DNA of 64,000 bases from Flectonema sp. DT1601 (taxonomy: Eukaryota), in assembly GCA_964019425.1 (NCBI GenBank), contig OZ025786.1:1364001-1428000 (forward strand), given 5' to 3'. The position numbers and the translations under genes were made by a program. Shown piece after piece: positions 11,972-22,351 of the stretch (within the stretch, counting starts at the first letter, position 1; every line of letters begins with the position of its first letter). Under the pieces are notes generated by a model that saw only the letters and a list, made by a program, of their open reading frames with translations, was not told the DNA's origin and did no database searches.

Positions 11972-12734
11972 AGCAGAGGGGAACTCTGCAATAGCTGCCA
12001 CGCAGTCCATGGCGGCTCAAGCGATCACTCACGCGCAAGCTGGTCGCGAGGTGGACTCGGCTTGGGCCCAAGCCGGCGCAGCGGTAACGCAAGCACAAGC
12101 AGGGAGGGAGGTGGACGCGGTGCCGGCTTGGCGGTAACGCAAGCCCAAGCCGGGAGGGATGTGGACGCGGCACGGAACCAGGCCGGAATCCTGGTGAACG
12201 AAGCCGCAGTTACGTCGTCTGGTTGCGGGAAACGAAGGCCCCCCGGCTACCGGTGGCGGGGGAGGCGACGACGCACAGCCGGAGACGGGTCCGTTGATGG
12301 GAGGATTGTCCTCCATCGACGTAGACGCTTGGTGGGGCGGAGGGGCGGACGTGCTCCCGCTGGTGCATGTGCACCAGCGGGAGCACTACAGAGAACTGCT
12401 GGAAGCGAAGGCAGGAACGAACCCCCGACCACAGGCACACGAAGCGCAGGCGCGCCTAAGAGAGCTCGGCATGCTGATGTCGAGATTACCGGCTGTCGAA
12501 AGCCTGGAGGACGCGGAACGGCTGCTGGCCGACTTAGCGAAGGCGAACGTGGCTCGTCTGGAAGTGCTGAGAGAGGGGGTGACGGGAGGCGGCTGGACGA
12601 GCGCGCAGGAGATGGAGGATGCCCACTTTGTGGCGCCCGCCGTCCCGCCTTTTCTGCGGGCTATGTGGGGGAAGAAAGGGAAAGCAGAGAAGACACAGCC
12701 ACAGAGGAACCCCGCAACGAAGAGTCGCCACTGA
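11972..12734 (+). pseudogene. ORF1 (gag-like position) C-terminal part, frameshifted
   Basis: ~20-aa repeats (AVTQAQAGREVDA) spread over two frames, then the 12294-12734 ORF; its stop lies 5 nt before the YR ATG. Confidence 0.55.
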
Positions 12735-12739
12735 CCTCC

Positions 12740-13693
12740 ATGTTAGAAGGGTTAGGTGTGCTCTCGGTGAAGGATGTTGGACGGCCGAGGACACGGGAAG
12801 GTGCGGTGACGAAGAAGAGTGCAGTGTCACTGACAAAATCGGCGTTGCGGGTGGTGGGGGATGCGCTGTCGAATTCAAGGAGGCGGTCTCTGGAGGCAGC
12901 TCAACGACGTTTGGTCCAGTTCCGGAACAACTGGCACGAGGCAACAGGAGTATTGTTGTCGTGGGACCTAGCCATCATCTACTGGGTAGAAAGGCAAAGG
13001 TCTCGGACCGAGGGTCCGATTTCAAATTCCTCAGCGCTCGAGTACGTGGGGCGAGCCCAAGCGGCGCTGCGACGGACGGGAGCATCAAGTGTTGGAGGTC
13101 AGATGCTGATCGACTACGTGAGAGCTCTGAAGAGAGCGGGTGCCCTCCGACCGCAGAAACAGGCGATACCTGCGGTGGGGGAGCAGGTGCTGGGTGCGTT
13201 GCGAAAGGAGGTAGACGGAGATACGCAGCTGGCTATCGTGCTGTGCTGGGCGGGCGCGGCGAGAGTGTCGGACGTGGTGAGATTGAAAGTGGGGGATATT
13301 ACTTTCGAGGACGGATACGTGGCTGTGAACTGGTCGGAGACAAAGTCGGACCCGTTCCGTCTGGGACGCACGACAGGATTGCACCTGTCGAACAGATGGC
13401 AGAGCGCACTCCGCACTACGATGATGGATCGGAATCCGGACGATCTCCTCCTGGACACCTCGTATCGAAAGGTCGTATCTGCTTTGAGACGCGAGGGAAA
13501 GGAGTTGACGGGACACTCGCTGCGGAGGGGTGCCCTACACTCGCTTCTTCTGGAAGGGGTGGGTCTGGACTCGATACGACAACTCTCCAGACACTCATCG
13601 ATGGATGCCCTGGCGAGGTATCTCCCGGCGGGGAAGACTCACGTAGCGCGTCAGTCCGCGAACACGTCACAGATACTGGGGGCCGGATTGTAG
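12740..13693 (+). CDS. Tyrosine recombinase of the retrotransposon
   Basis: Catalytic set R (AARVSD), K (ETKSD), HxxR (GHSLRRG), H (SRHSS), Y (LARYL) all present. Confidence 0.92.
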   Translation: MLEGLGVLSVKDVGRPRTREGAVTKKSAVSLTKSALRVVGDALSNSRRRSLEAAQRRLVQFRNNWHEATGVLLSWDLAIIYWVERQRSRTEGPISNSSALEYVGRAQAALRRTGASSVGGQMLIDYVRALKRAGALRPQKQAIPAVGEQVLGALRKEVDGDTQLAIVLCWAGAARVSDVVRLKVGDITFEDGYVAVNWSETKSDPFRLGRTTGLHLSNRWQSALRTTMMDRNPDDLLLDTSYRKVVSALRREGKELTGHSLRRGALHSLLLEGVGLDSIRQLSRHSSMDALARYLPAGKTHVARQSANTSQILGAGL

Positions 13694-15430
13694 TGCCGTT
13701 ATGCCCTGCGTTTCCCACACGACCAAGGGCTGTGCTGGATCCGCAGATGAAGTACAAAATACCTGAACCTCCGCCACCGCCAAGGGCGAGGGTGATGGGT
13801 GAAGGTATTGACTCGGGTGCGCCGGATGTTTTTATGACGTACTCAGGACTGGTGACTGTGGCTGCTGAAGGGCAACAAATCTCACCTCCGACCGATAGAG
13901 AGGCAGGTATGTTGGCTCCGATTTCGAAGGCCCGTTTGAACTTGGATAGGCTCGTGGAGCTTGACACGAATGGAATACTGCTGGGCATTATTGACGTGAT
14001 TCGAGATGTTTCCGCTTTCGAGGCCCTCTTCGTTCCTGGGACGGAGCTGACTCTGGGGAGCAGACCAACGTTTCGGGGAACTTCGAGGCACATGCTGAGA
14101 CACATGCAACACCTGGAGGAGTGGGGTGTAGTTGAGCCAACAGAAAGTCGTTCTTCCAGCTTTCACAGTGCCGAAGAGTTCAGGAGGCTTAAGGCTGGTA
14201 TGTGATGGGAGGAAACTCAACCGGATGATGCGTCCGCCGCCACCTATGCTCCTTGCGGGGATTCGTGCGGTGATTGCTCGTTTTCTTTCGGCACGATACG
14301 TGGCCCAAGATGACGGCAAGAGTTGGTTTTACCAGTTTCCGCTAGGGCAGGGAATCGACGACTACTTCGGGGTGAATCTGAGTGGTGCGAGGGGTCCGTT
14401 CGTGCGTGCGAAGCTGCGGGCTCTGTGCATGGGATGGAGTTGGGCACCTTGCATCGCCCATCGCTCGGCGATGGTTCTGCTTCCGGAGTCTGACGGAGTG
14501 GCTTGGGTGGACAACTTCTTTGTGGTGGGTGATTCGGAGGAGGAGACTGCTCAGCGTTATTCGAGCTTCAAGAGAAGGGCGGATTACGTGGGTGCACATC
14601 TGAGTGACGCTGAGGACTTTGGCGTACCGAAGTCGAATTTTGAGGCTCTGGGTTTAGAATTTGATTTATCGGCGAACCCACAGCGTTACCGGTCGGCACC
14701 GAGCTGGATTCAAAAGATGCTGTCTTCGGAGGCGTTACAAGAGGTGATGGGGGGACGCCCTACTGCTCGTTCATTCTACCGGGTCTTCGGTGGCTTGGTA
14801 TGGTTTTGGTACACTACGGGACGCCGTTTGTGTTTCCTGTGCTCGACGCTGGCCTTTGTAAGGCGAGCGGGGAGGGTATTGGCCGCGGAGCCGTGCAAGT
14901 GGGACGAATCGTTCTCGCTAAGTTCGGCAGTTTTGCGTGAGTTGTTGGATGTTTTGGATGTGCTTCGGCAGAATGCCTGGGTTTTGGCTACCCCCGACTG
15001 TCCCGAGGTGACTGCATGGTCAGATGCTTCGGACAAGGAGTGGGCCGCTGTACTGGAGGTTGTTCCCGAGGAGGTGATCCAGGGCGTATTTCCCTCTCCC
15101 TCGGAGCATCACATATTCCTGAAGGAGGTATTCGCCGCTCTCCAGGCGGTGCGACTCGCTGCTGTTTTGAGACCGGGTCACGTGCTGGATTTGCGGGTAG
15201 ATAACACTGCGGCTGTGGCCGCAATAAACAAAGGCCACAGCTCAAACTTCATGGGGAACGAGATGCTCTGCGCATTGTTTGAGACAGCAGGTGCAGCTGA
15301 TCTGCAAGTGAACTGCAGCTGGGTGGATACCAAGTCCCAGCGTGCAGACGAATATACGCGGGGCACTAAAGCGCCGGGTGGTAGAATCTGTTTGCCTAGT
15401 TTACCTCATCAATGTAAGTTTTTTGGGTGA
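13693..15430 (+). CDS. Reverse transcriptase-RNase H, with a +1 frame break near 14135-14150 (true start uncertain)
   Basis: FTVPK-x-GGLRLVCD, DDGKSWFYQF, LCMGWSWAP, WVDNF; RNase H WSDAS, LKEVFA, VDN, RADEYTR; N-terminal part lies in the 12619-14205 frame. Confidence 0.88.
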
Positions 15431-15494
15431 ATATTCCCCGTTTGTTCTTTCTCTTTCCTTTCCTTTATCCGCAAGCGGTCCCTATGGGTTTTAG

Positions 15495-15666
15495 AGCTGC
15501 GATCAACAAAATATAAGGCTTATCTGAATGGTTTTTGCACCGACGAAGTCGGAGAAGAAACTATTCAGATTAAGAGCCGTTATTTATTATGTCATGTTAT
15601 CTATTTCCCTGTGCGCCAGTAAAACTAGCTGCGATCAACAAAATATAAGGCTTATCTGAATGGTTT
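15495..15666 (+). repeat. Split direct repeats B1 (15495-15534), A (15535-15626), B2 (15627-15666)
   Basis: Identical 40-bp AGCTGCGATCAACAAAATATAAGGCTTATCTGAATGGTTT twice. Confidence 0.9.
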
Positions 15667-15963
15667 CTTTTTTTTCCTTTTTCATACAACTTTCTTTATT
15701 TTTATTTTATTTTATTTTTTTTCATGTTTGATTATTTCCTCTTCATATTTTTTTTTTTTTTTTTTTTTTTTTTTCTCTGCCTCTCTCTTAATTCTGTTCG
15801 TTTCTTTGAAACGAAAATTCATTTGAATATTATTCCTTGGTCAGCAATCGTCATTGTCGCCCTTTGGGCCTGTTAAAAAATAAAAAATAAAAAGAAAGTT
15901 TACATCGGGAATAGGGCAGGAGCCAAAAGCTCCCAGTCCGTTACTTCCCAATTTATCGAAATC
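15667..15963 (+). mobile_element. Partial terminal block of the tandem-repeat module (target of the YR element's 3' end)
   Basis: Block resumes in its T-rich part directly after B2 and ends ATCGAAATC. Confidence 0.8.
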
Positions 15964-16259
15964 AGCAGGTTGAGTTAAGTAAGTCCCTACCATCAAAGGA
16001 AATGTAGTATGATGACCTGAGAGAAACACACATCGACGATTCCTCATATGAGAAGGCAACGAAGATATGGAAGGTGGAGATTCAAGGAATACCAAGATCT
16101 TTATCTGTATGGTGATGTATTCGGTCTGGCCGATGTTGTTGGTAGTTTCAGAGACACATTCATCAGAACACATAAATTAGATCCCGTCTATTACGTCTCA
16201 CTCAGCAGCTACAGTTGGGATGCAATGCTTCTACAAACCGGAGTACAGTTGGAGTGCTT
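15964..16259 (+). pseudogene. Fragment of protein-primed DNA polymerase B (Polinton/Maverick/adintovirus type)
   Basis: LPSKEM*YDDLRETHIDDSSYEKATKIW / FKEYQDLYLYGDVFGLADVVGSFRDTFIRTHKLDPVYYVSLSSYSWDAMLLQTGVQLECL fits the pPolB exonuclease-III region (YHDLYLxxDVxxLADVFExFR...LDPxxY...SWDAML); one stop and one frameshift. Confidence 0.85.
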
Positions 16260-17634
16260 AACAATGTTATCATTGTTTTTTTTATCGATCGACTATGTCG
16301 ATTACTTTCTATTTTCCGTCCTGGTCAATTATTGTTATGTTCATTTTCTATCCCCTCTTCTATCCCTTTTGTTCAAAAAAAGCGATGAGAAATTTCTCTC
16401 ATTCATGCTAAGATGCACTCTGAACTTTGATTTTTTGATCTGAGTGTGAGGGAATGACCTGTTAGTGCATTGGGCATAAGCTGGGCTGCAGTTTAGATGT
16501 CTTAGGTGTTAATAAGGGGTTCCTCTTAGCATTTTTCTTTGTTCCCACCTTATGATTTTCTTGAAGAAAAAAAACAGAAGTCATAATGGTGCTTCCCTCT
16601 GGAAGGGTTGTAAGCCATGGTGTCCAACTAAATTAAAGGACAAGTCTGGGATAATCCCTGCCAGAGGGGCGAGTATTCTACCATGGTTGAAATACTCTGG
16701 CAACTGATCTTCAATTTTATGTTGTTTGTTAGCTGCTGGTGTATCTTGATCATGTGTTGATACTTGCATTTTTTTATTTGTAATCTTTTACTACAATAAC
16801 TCTTACAATTATCTTTTCTTTTTATTCTCTATCTGTTCTGGTCTGTTTCTTCATTTTTTTTACATTAATAATTACATTTTGTTCAAAAAGAAAAAAAAGA
16901 AAAAAGATTTCATATTAGAAACTAGGAAACTAGGTTAACACTTAGTTAAAATTAAGACCGGTTAGTCAGTTTAAGGTCTTGTCTAGGACCAACATTCTTG
17001 TTTAACTTCAGTTATATTCATTTTACTTTTTATTGTTTCCCATCTGTTTTTATTTTCTATTAGTTCTGGTCAGAAACTCCTGGGCAGCAAGAAGGAAAGC
17101 AGTTTAGTACTTCTGGGTGTTTGGCATCACCCCCCATAGTGAGCAAGTACAACAGGTAGCATTGGTAGTCTGTTGATCCTGAGTGATCCCAGCTACAGTT
17201 TTGTTTTTCTTTCTTTTTTTTAGAAGAAGATCAGGACTTCCAAGCACTGCTGGATAGTTGCTGAATGCAGGGCCTGCCTGTGGCATTATAATAACAGGCT
17301 AAGTCATTTGTAGTTCATAGTTTACCTTTGATTTTATAACTTCACATAGGTACTATGAACGATGAGAGATCCAGTGGGATCACTCAGGGTCTAGTAGAGA
17401 CCACCAATGTTGTGCGTTGATAGGCAAGGTGACCAACCTTGACATTCTTTCTTTTCTCTCCTGTTGTGACAAACACAAAATACACACACAGCTTACAGTG
17501 TGTTCTTTGTGTATGTTTTCTTCAGGTGTGAGTAGTTTTTTTGTTCTTGCTCTTCAGGGAGGGCCTTAGCCAAAAGCTAACAGTCCAAATCTCACCTGGT
17601 AATTCAACTCAGCTAAACTGATTGTTTTTTTTTT

Positions 17635-19312
17635 GGGATCCAGTTGGACAAAGGTTTTCTCCCCCCACTCTATTTATCGTCATTGGTGCGCACCTTCGAA
17701 CAGGAAGGCCAACATTGACGGAATTTTTTTTACTTCTCTTCCCAAGGTTGAACCTTGGGAAAAAAACAAACAATAAACACAGTGTAGACAAACACCCGCC
17801 GGACATCTGCAGAGCAGCGATCGATGTCGATGTCTTCGTTGTCGAACTTCCTGGCGTTTATGTTTTTGTTTTTAACAACAACACAACACCAACTAACAGG
17901 TTTGTCTCATTGCCCGTTCTTTCTTGTTTCCCTTTGCCGCCGGAAGAACGAAGGTCGACGGAGGTCCGAAGCATTGCTTGCGATGATGTTCCGGTATGTG
18001 TTGCGTCTCTGTTATTTGTTTGTTTCAACTCAATTGGTTCATCTCAGGTTTTAGAAGTCTTCGTCCTGTTCGATGGGAAGGGCCTGAATCAAAAGTTCAC
18101 TGCCCCTATTCCTCTCCCAAATTTCTTATTCAGCTTGCCACATGACTGTGTGACATTATTGCTACATTGTAGCTCCCCTACAAAAACCTTTTTTTTTTGC
18201 AGTTGTCTTTTGGTTGTAGCAACTTTTATTTTATGCTTTTCTAATGTCCCAAAGTTGGTTTATTTTACTTTTTTTTTTTCTGCAAGGGAACAGTCCAAAG
18301 CATAAGTCCGAACAGCCCTAAGGCCAGTGAACGCACTGATTGTTAGGTATTGTATTCCAGGGAAAGTTTGGTTTGTATACTTTATTTTTATTTTATTTTA
18401 TTTAATTTGTTAAAAGAAAACAGGTAACTTTACATGAGCATCGGCTCGAACGGCTCTGGCGAAGCGAGTGAACGAGTCTGATTGCTGAGTATTGTATTCT
18501 GTTTTCTTGTTCTTTTTTTAATTTATTTCAAACAGGGCAACAGGGGGAAAGTTTGGTTTGTATCCCCTGGGTGTTTAGCGTCACCTGTTGAGGTGTAATG
18601 TATTCTGTTTACTTCTATCCCTTTGTTTTTTTTTTTTTTTTTTTTTATTTTTTTTTTATTTCAACTAGGACAGCAGGGGGAAAGTTTGTTTCGTACCCCC
18701 CGGGTGCTTAGCGTCACCCTCCATGCGATGCTTGCGCAGGGAGAGCCAAGGGTCGAGAACCCTTGAGATTACCTTTGTTTCTTTTTGTGACTGGATTGCA
18801 GTGGCGCAACCTATCACCCCACCTGTTGGTATCTTTTTATTTTTTTTATTTAAAGAAAAAAGCAGGCTAAGTCGCCTGAGCTGGCATCGCCAGAATATTT
18901 AACTTCACATGGCAATGTCAGCTTGTGAAGGGATCCAGTTGGACCAAAGGTTTTCTCCCCCCACTCTATTTATCGTCATTGGTGCGCACCTTCGAACAGG
19001 AAGGCCAACATTGACGGAATTCTTTTTACTTCTCTTCCCAAGGTTGAACCTTGGGAAAAAAACAAACAATAAACACAGTGTAGACAAACACCCGCCGGAC
19101 ATCTGCAGAGCAGCGATCGATGTCGATGTCTTCGTTGTCGAACTTCCTGGCGTTTATGTTTTTGTTTTTAACAACAACACAACACCAACTAACAGGTTTG
19201 TCTCATTGCCCGTTCTTTCTTGTTTCCCTTTGCCGCCGGAAGAACGAAGGTCGACGGAGGTTCGAAGCATTGCTTGCGATGATGTTCCGGTATGTGTTGC
19301 GTCTCTGTTATT
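17635..19312. repeat. ~380 bp direct duplication (17635-18015 and 18930-19312)
   Basis: Near-identical GGGATCCAGTTGGAC...GCGTCTCTGTTATT. Confidence 0.92.
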
Positions 19313-20957
19313 ATCTACTCATTGCCAATGGTTCTTCTTCCTCCCCGGCCCCTTCTTTTTTGTTAGATGAGGATGAGCTCACTGGACTCTCCTTGTCATT
19401 CTCTTCTATTTCTTCCATCTCTCTCCAGAATTCCCCACCTGAACTCATGTCAACGGGATCGCAAACACTTCCTGCTGATTTCGCTATAGTGATAAGAAGT
19501 CAATCTGACATGGGTTCCCAAACCCCCTTGTACAATAAAAAAGAAGGAAGATTAAGGCTGAAACTTTCCTTGAAATGCCAGATTTTAGAAAACGAACTAG
19601 AACAAATGAAAGAACGAATGTTTTATGTTCTATTTTTATTTTACTTTAATGCGATGTCAGCCTCCCTTGAGAATGACAAGCAGCTACTGAATGGATTGTC
19701 TATTGAGAACAAAGCATCCAAACAACGGGCCGCCGAGAGTGTATCTCACAGCCCACTCCCTTTAAATCTATCCGCACCCCCATCTGTCTTTAACGTAGAA
19801 ACGGAACAGAAAAAACGTGAACTATTGGAAAAAGAGAATCAACACCTGATCGCTGAATGTGATTTAGTGAAAAGTTCTCTTCTCTCATTAGTTCAAAGAA
19901 CTAACTCTCTGGAGGAAAAAAGGACGAGCGAGCTGGCGCGACAATCACAAAGAGCGGACCACGCTGAAATGTTTTATTTCAACTTACAACAAAGGTTCAT
20001 TCTATTAAACAATGAATTAGAATCTAAGTGTAGGGATGAAACTGGAACAAAAATTCAACTCTATTTGTCTCAACAAGAGGTCGCAACATTGCGTGCTGGC
20101 CCTCAACTGTCCCATTTTTCCCAACAATTTTCCCCAACACCCCCTTTTTTATTCGAATCAACGTCCACGGTAAAGAATTATCGACTCCCTCTCATCGCAA
20201 CAACCTATTACTCCTGGACTCCCAAACCCCGTCTTTCCTTTTTTTTTAAACCTCATTCTCCATTGATCACGTTCCCTTCTGAACTGTCTCAAAGTAGACT
20301 ACTGGTATCGTCTTCTGCTCAAACGGAACAAGAAAAAGACAGTGCGGCGACCTCATCGACGGAAGATTCACCTATTGCGAGGCAATGGTCCGAAGGTAGA
20401 CTCGATTTACTGGACAACTGTAAGTGACTCTCTCCAGACAAATGAGAAAGTGGCGCTGCTCTCGGAAAAACTAGTGGAAGAGCAACGTCGATGCTCCGAG
20501 TTGAGCTATCAACAGAAGACTATCCATAAAGAACAACTGGATCATTCCATGTTGTTGATGGAGATGACCAGTGAGCTCTCTGAGCAACTCTATTTGGCAA
20601 AAGACCAAAACAGAGCTCTCAAGTTTCAGTTACAAACATGGGCAAATGGTTTTAACCCACCCGAAAAGGAAGCGCAAGAAGAAAATGAGACCCCAAAGCG
20701 AAAAACTACTCGCACCTGAAGAAAACATACACAAAGAACACACATACAAGTACATCGCATCGCTTGCTGAACCTCCATCGATCTACTTCTATCGTACCTT
20801 GGCAAAGACAGATAACGGAAAAGGAATAAGACAAACCTGTTTTAATTGTGTTGTAATTTTAGCAGAGTATTTACGTAACAGAGAAGGAACAAGTGTTATT
20901 TTAAAAACAATGCCAGGGAAGACAACGAAAGCATCGATATCGGTCCAGCAGATTTGA
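19313..20957 (+). pseudogene. Coiled-coil-like reading frames in staggered frames, probably a repeat-associated or decayed gene
   Basis: ORFs 19120-20427, 20342-20719 and 20571-20957 rich in E/K/L/Q; the 3' part has an inverted diverged copy at ~17420-17540. Confidence 0.35.
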
Positions 20958-21045
20958 GTACCTGTAAGCTGTGTGTGTATTTTGTGTTTGTTATGACAGA
21001 AGGAAAGAAAGAATGTCAAAATTGATCACCTTGCCATAGATACAC

Positions 21046-21831
21046 TCGGTCAAACATGGTTTAATATTCTTTGCAATGAAATACTTTGGGATCAATCAAA
21101 AAGTACTGGAATACTGTAAAGGGAAATATTCTTGTGGGGAAAAACCCGCGAGTTTTTTTTATTTTTTCTGGATCCGCGAGAATTTTTCCCCGCGAGAGTA
21201 TTTCCCTGACAGCATACATTTTTATACAGCCATTTTGTTGTGAAGAAAATGCATGTGTTACAAAGGAAGGTTACAGCAAAAATTATTTTCATTATGCAGC
21301 ATGGTTGTTTTTAGTTGTGTTAGCTGGTAAATAATTCTTTTTTCCAGCTTGCACTTGAGGATTCCTCACATTCTTGATCACTTTTGCAAAAATCCTCTGT
21401 GGCAGGGAAGTATTCTTGTGGGGAAAAACCCGCGAGTTTGAAAAAAAATCCCCAAATCCGCGAGAATATTTCCCCGCGGGAATATTTCCCCGCAAGAATA
21501 TTTCCCCGCGAGAATATTTCACTTTACAGTATTTCAAATACTACTACTCAACGCTACGCGTCCAAGTGAGAGTGAAGGATCAGATGACAGAAGCAATCAG
21601 ATTTGAAGTTGAGGTTTTGCAGGGACGTGTGGCCTCCCCGACTCTCTTCAATCTCGTCTTTCAACTACTACTACTGTCTCTGGATCTTTTAAAAACGGAA
21701 TCTTACAAATTCACAACCTGTAACCTAGAATTGTTCTTAGCTGCCTCCTTCGCAGATGACCTTCAAATCACAACATCTTCGAAAGCTGGAGACGAGCTCT
21801 TAAAATGTTAGCAAAATTCCTGAAATGGACC
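21046..21831 (+). pseudogene. Non-LTR retrotransposon reverse transcriptase fragment split by a MITE
   Basis: SVKHGLIFFAMKYFGINQKVLE[MITE]YFKYYYSTLRVQV...VLQGRVASPTLFNLVF...FADDL; excising the MITE restores the frame. Confidence 0.85.
21114..21529. mobile_element. TA-TSD MITE, copy 2 (opposite orientation, diverged core)
   Basis: TA-CTGTAAA...TTTACAG-TA; same subterminal repeats as 3063-3510. Confidence 0.9.
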
Positions 21832-22351
21832 AAGTACGGAAAGGGAAACTTCGGAGGGTTGGGAAAAGGTGACTTCCTCGACCCCTTTCGAAGGAAACAC
21901 TGATAAATCGTCAGTACCTTTGGGCAAGACTAACAAGGTTACGGTGAAACCAGGATACAGCCGCTCTTTTTTGTAGTCGCAACAGGTGTTCTCGCGCAAG
22001 AACTGTCCGGAAGCCTGAAGGTTGGACATCTCCAACAACACTCTTCCACAACTAGCCGCCGCACTTCGAGCACATTATTTATAACATCTTTTTTAGAACA
22101 GTTCAAAAGGTGGCTCTTTAGGGTGCCAACCTAGTAACTCTTTCTGGTACAAGTCGAATACGGTCTTGTTATTGTTATTATTATATCTTTTCATCACAGT
22201 CACATCCGTTGTCTAATGAGCTTGTGTGAACTTATTGTAGTTTGTTTATGTTTTAAGTGTTGTATGTTTGATTATTTTTCAGAATAGGCCACCTGTATGA
22301 TGACCACAAGATAAAAAAAAATAAATAAATAAAAAAAAAACTAATGGAAAA

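Larger units (their letters stand above)
11972..15666 (+). mobile_element. Tyrosine-recombinase retrotransposon (DIRS order, VIPER/TATE/Ngaro-like), 5'-truncated
   Basis: GC-rich island; ORF order gag-like, YR, RT, RNase H; 3' split direct repeats B-A-B. Confidence 0.92.

Noticed and set aside
12062..12739. N-terminal extension of the 543-aa YR ORF
   Set aside because: Starts at TTG and partly reads frameshifted ORF1 repeats; the ATG at 12740 just after the ORF1 stop is more plausible
17420..21040. A single 3.6 kb element bounded by TIRs
   Set aside because: The left copy is an internally deleted, diverged inverted fragment and no TSD is visible; better explained as two relics of one family
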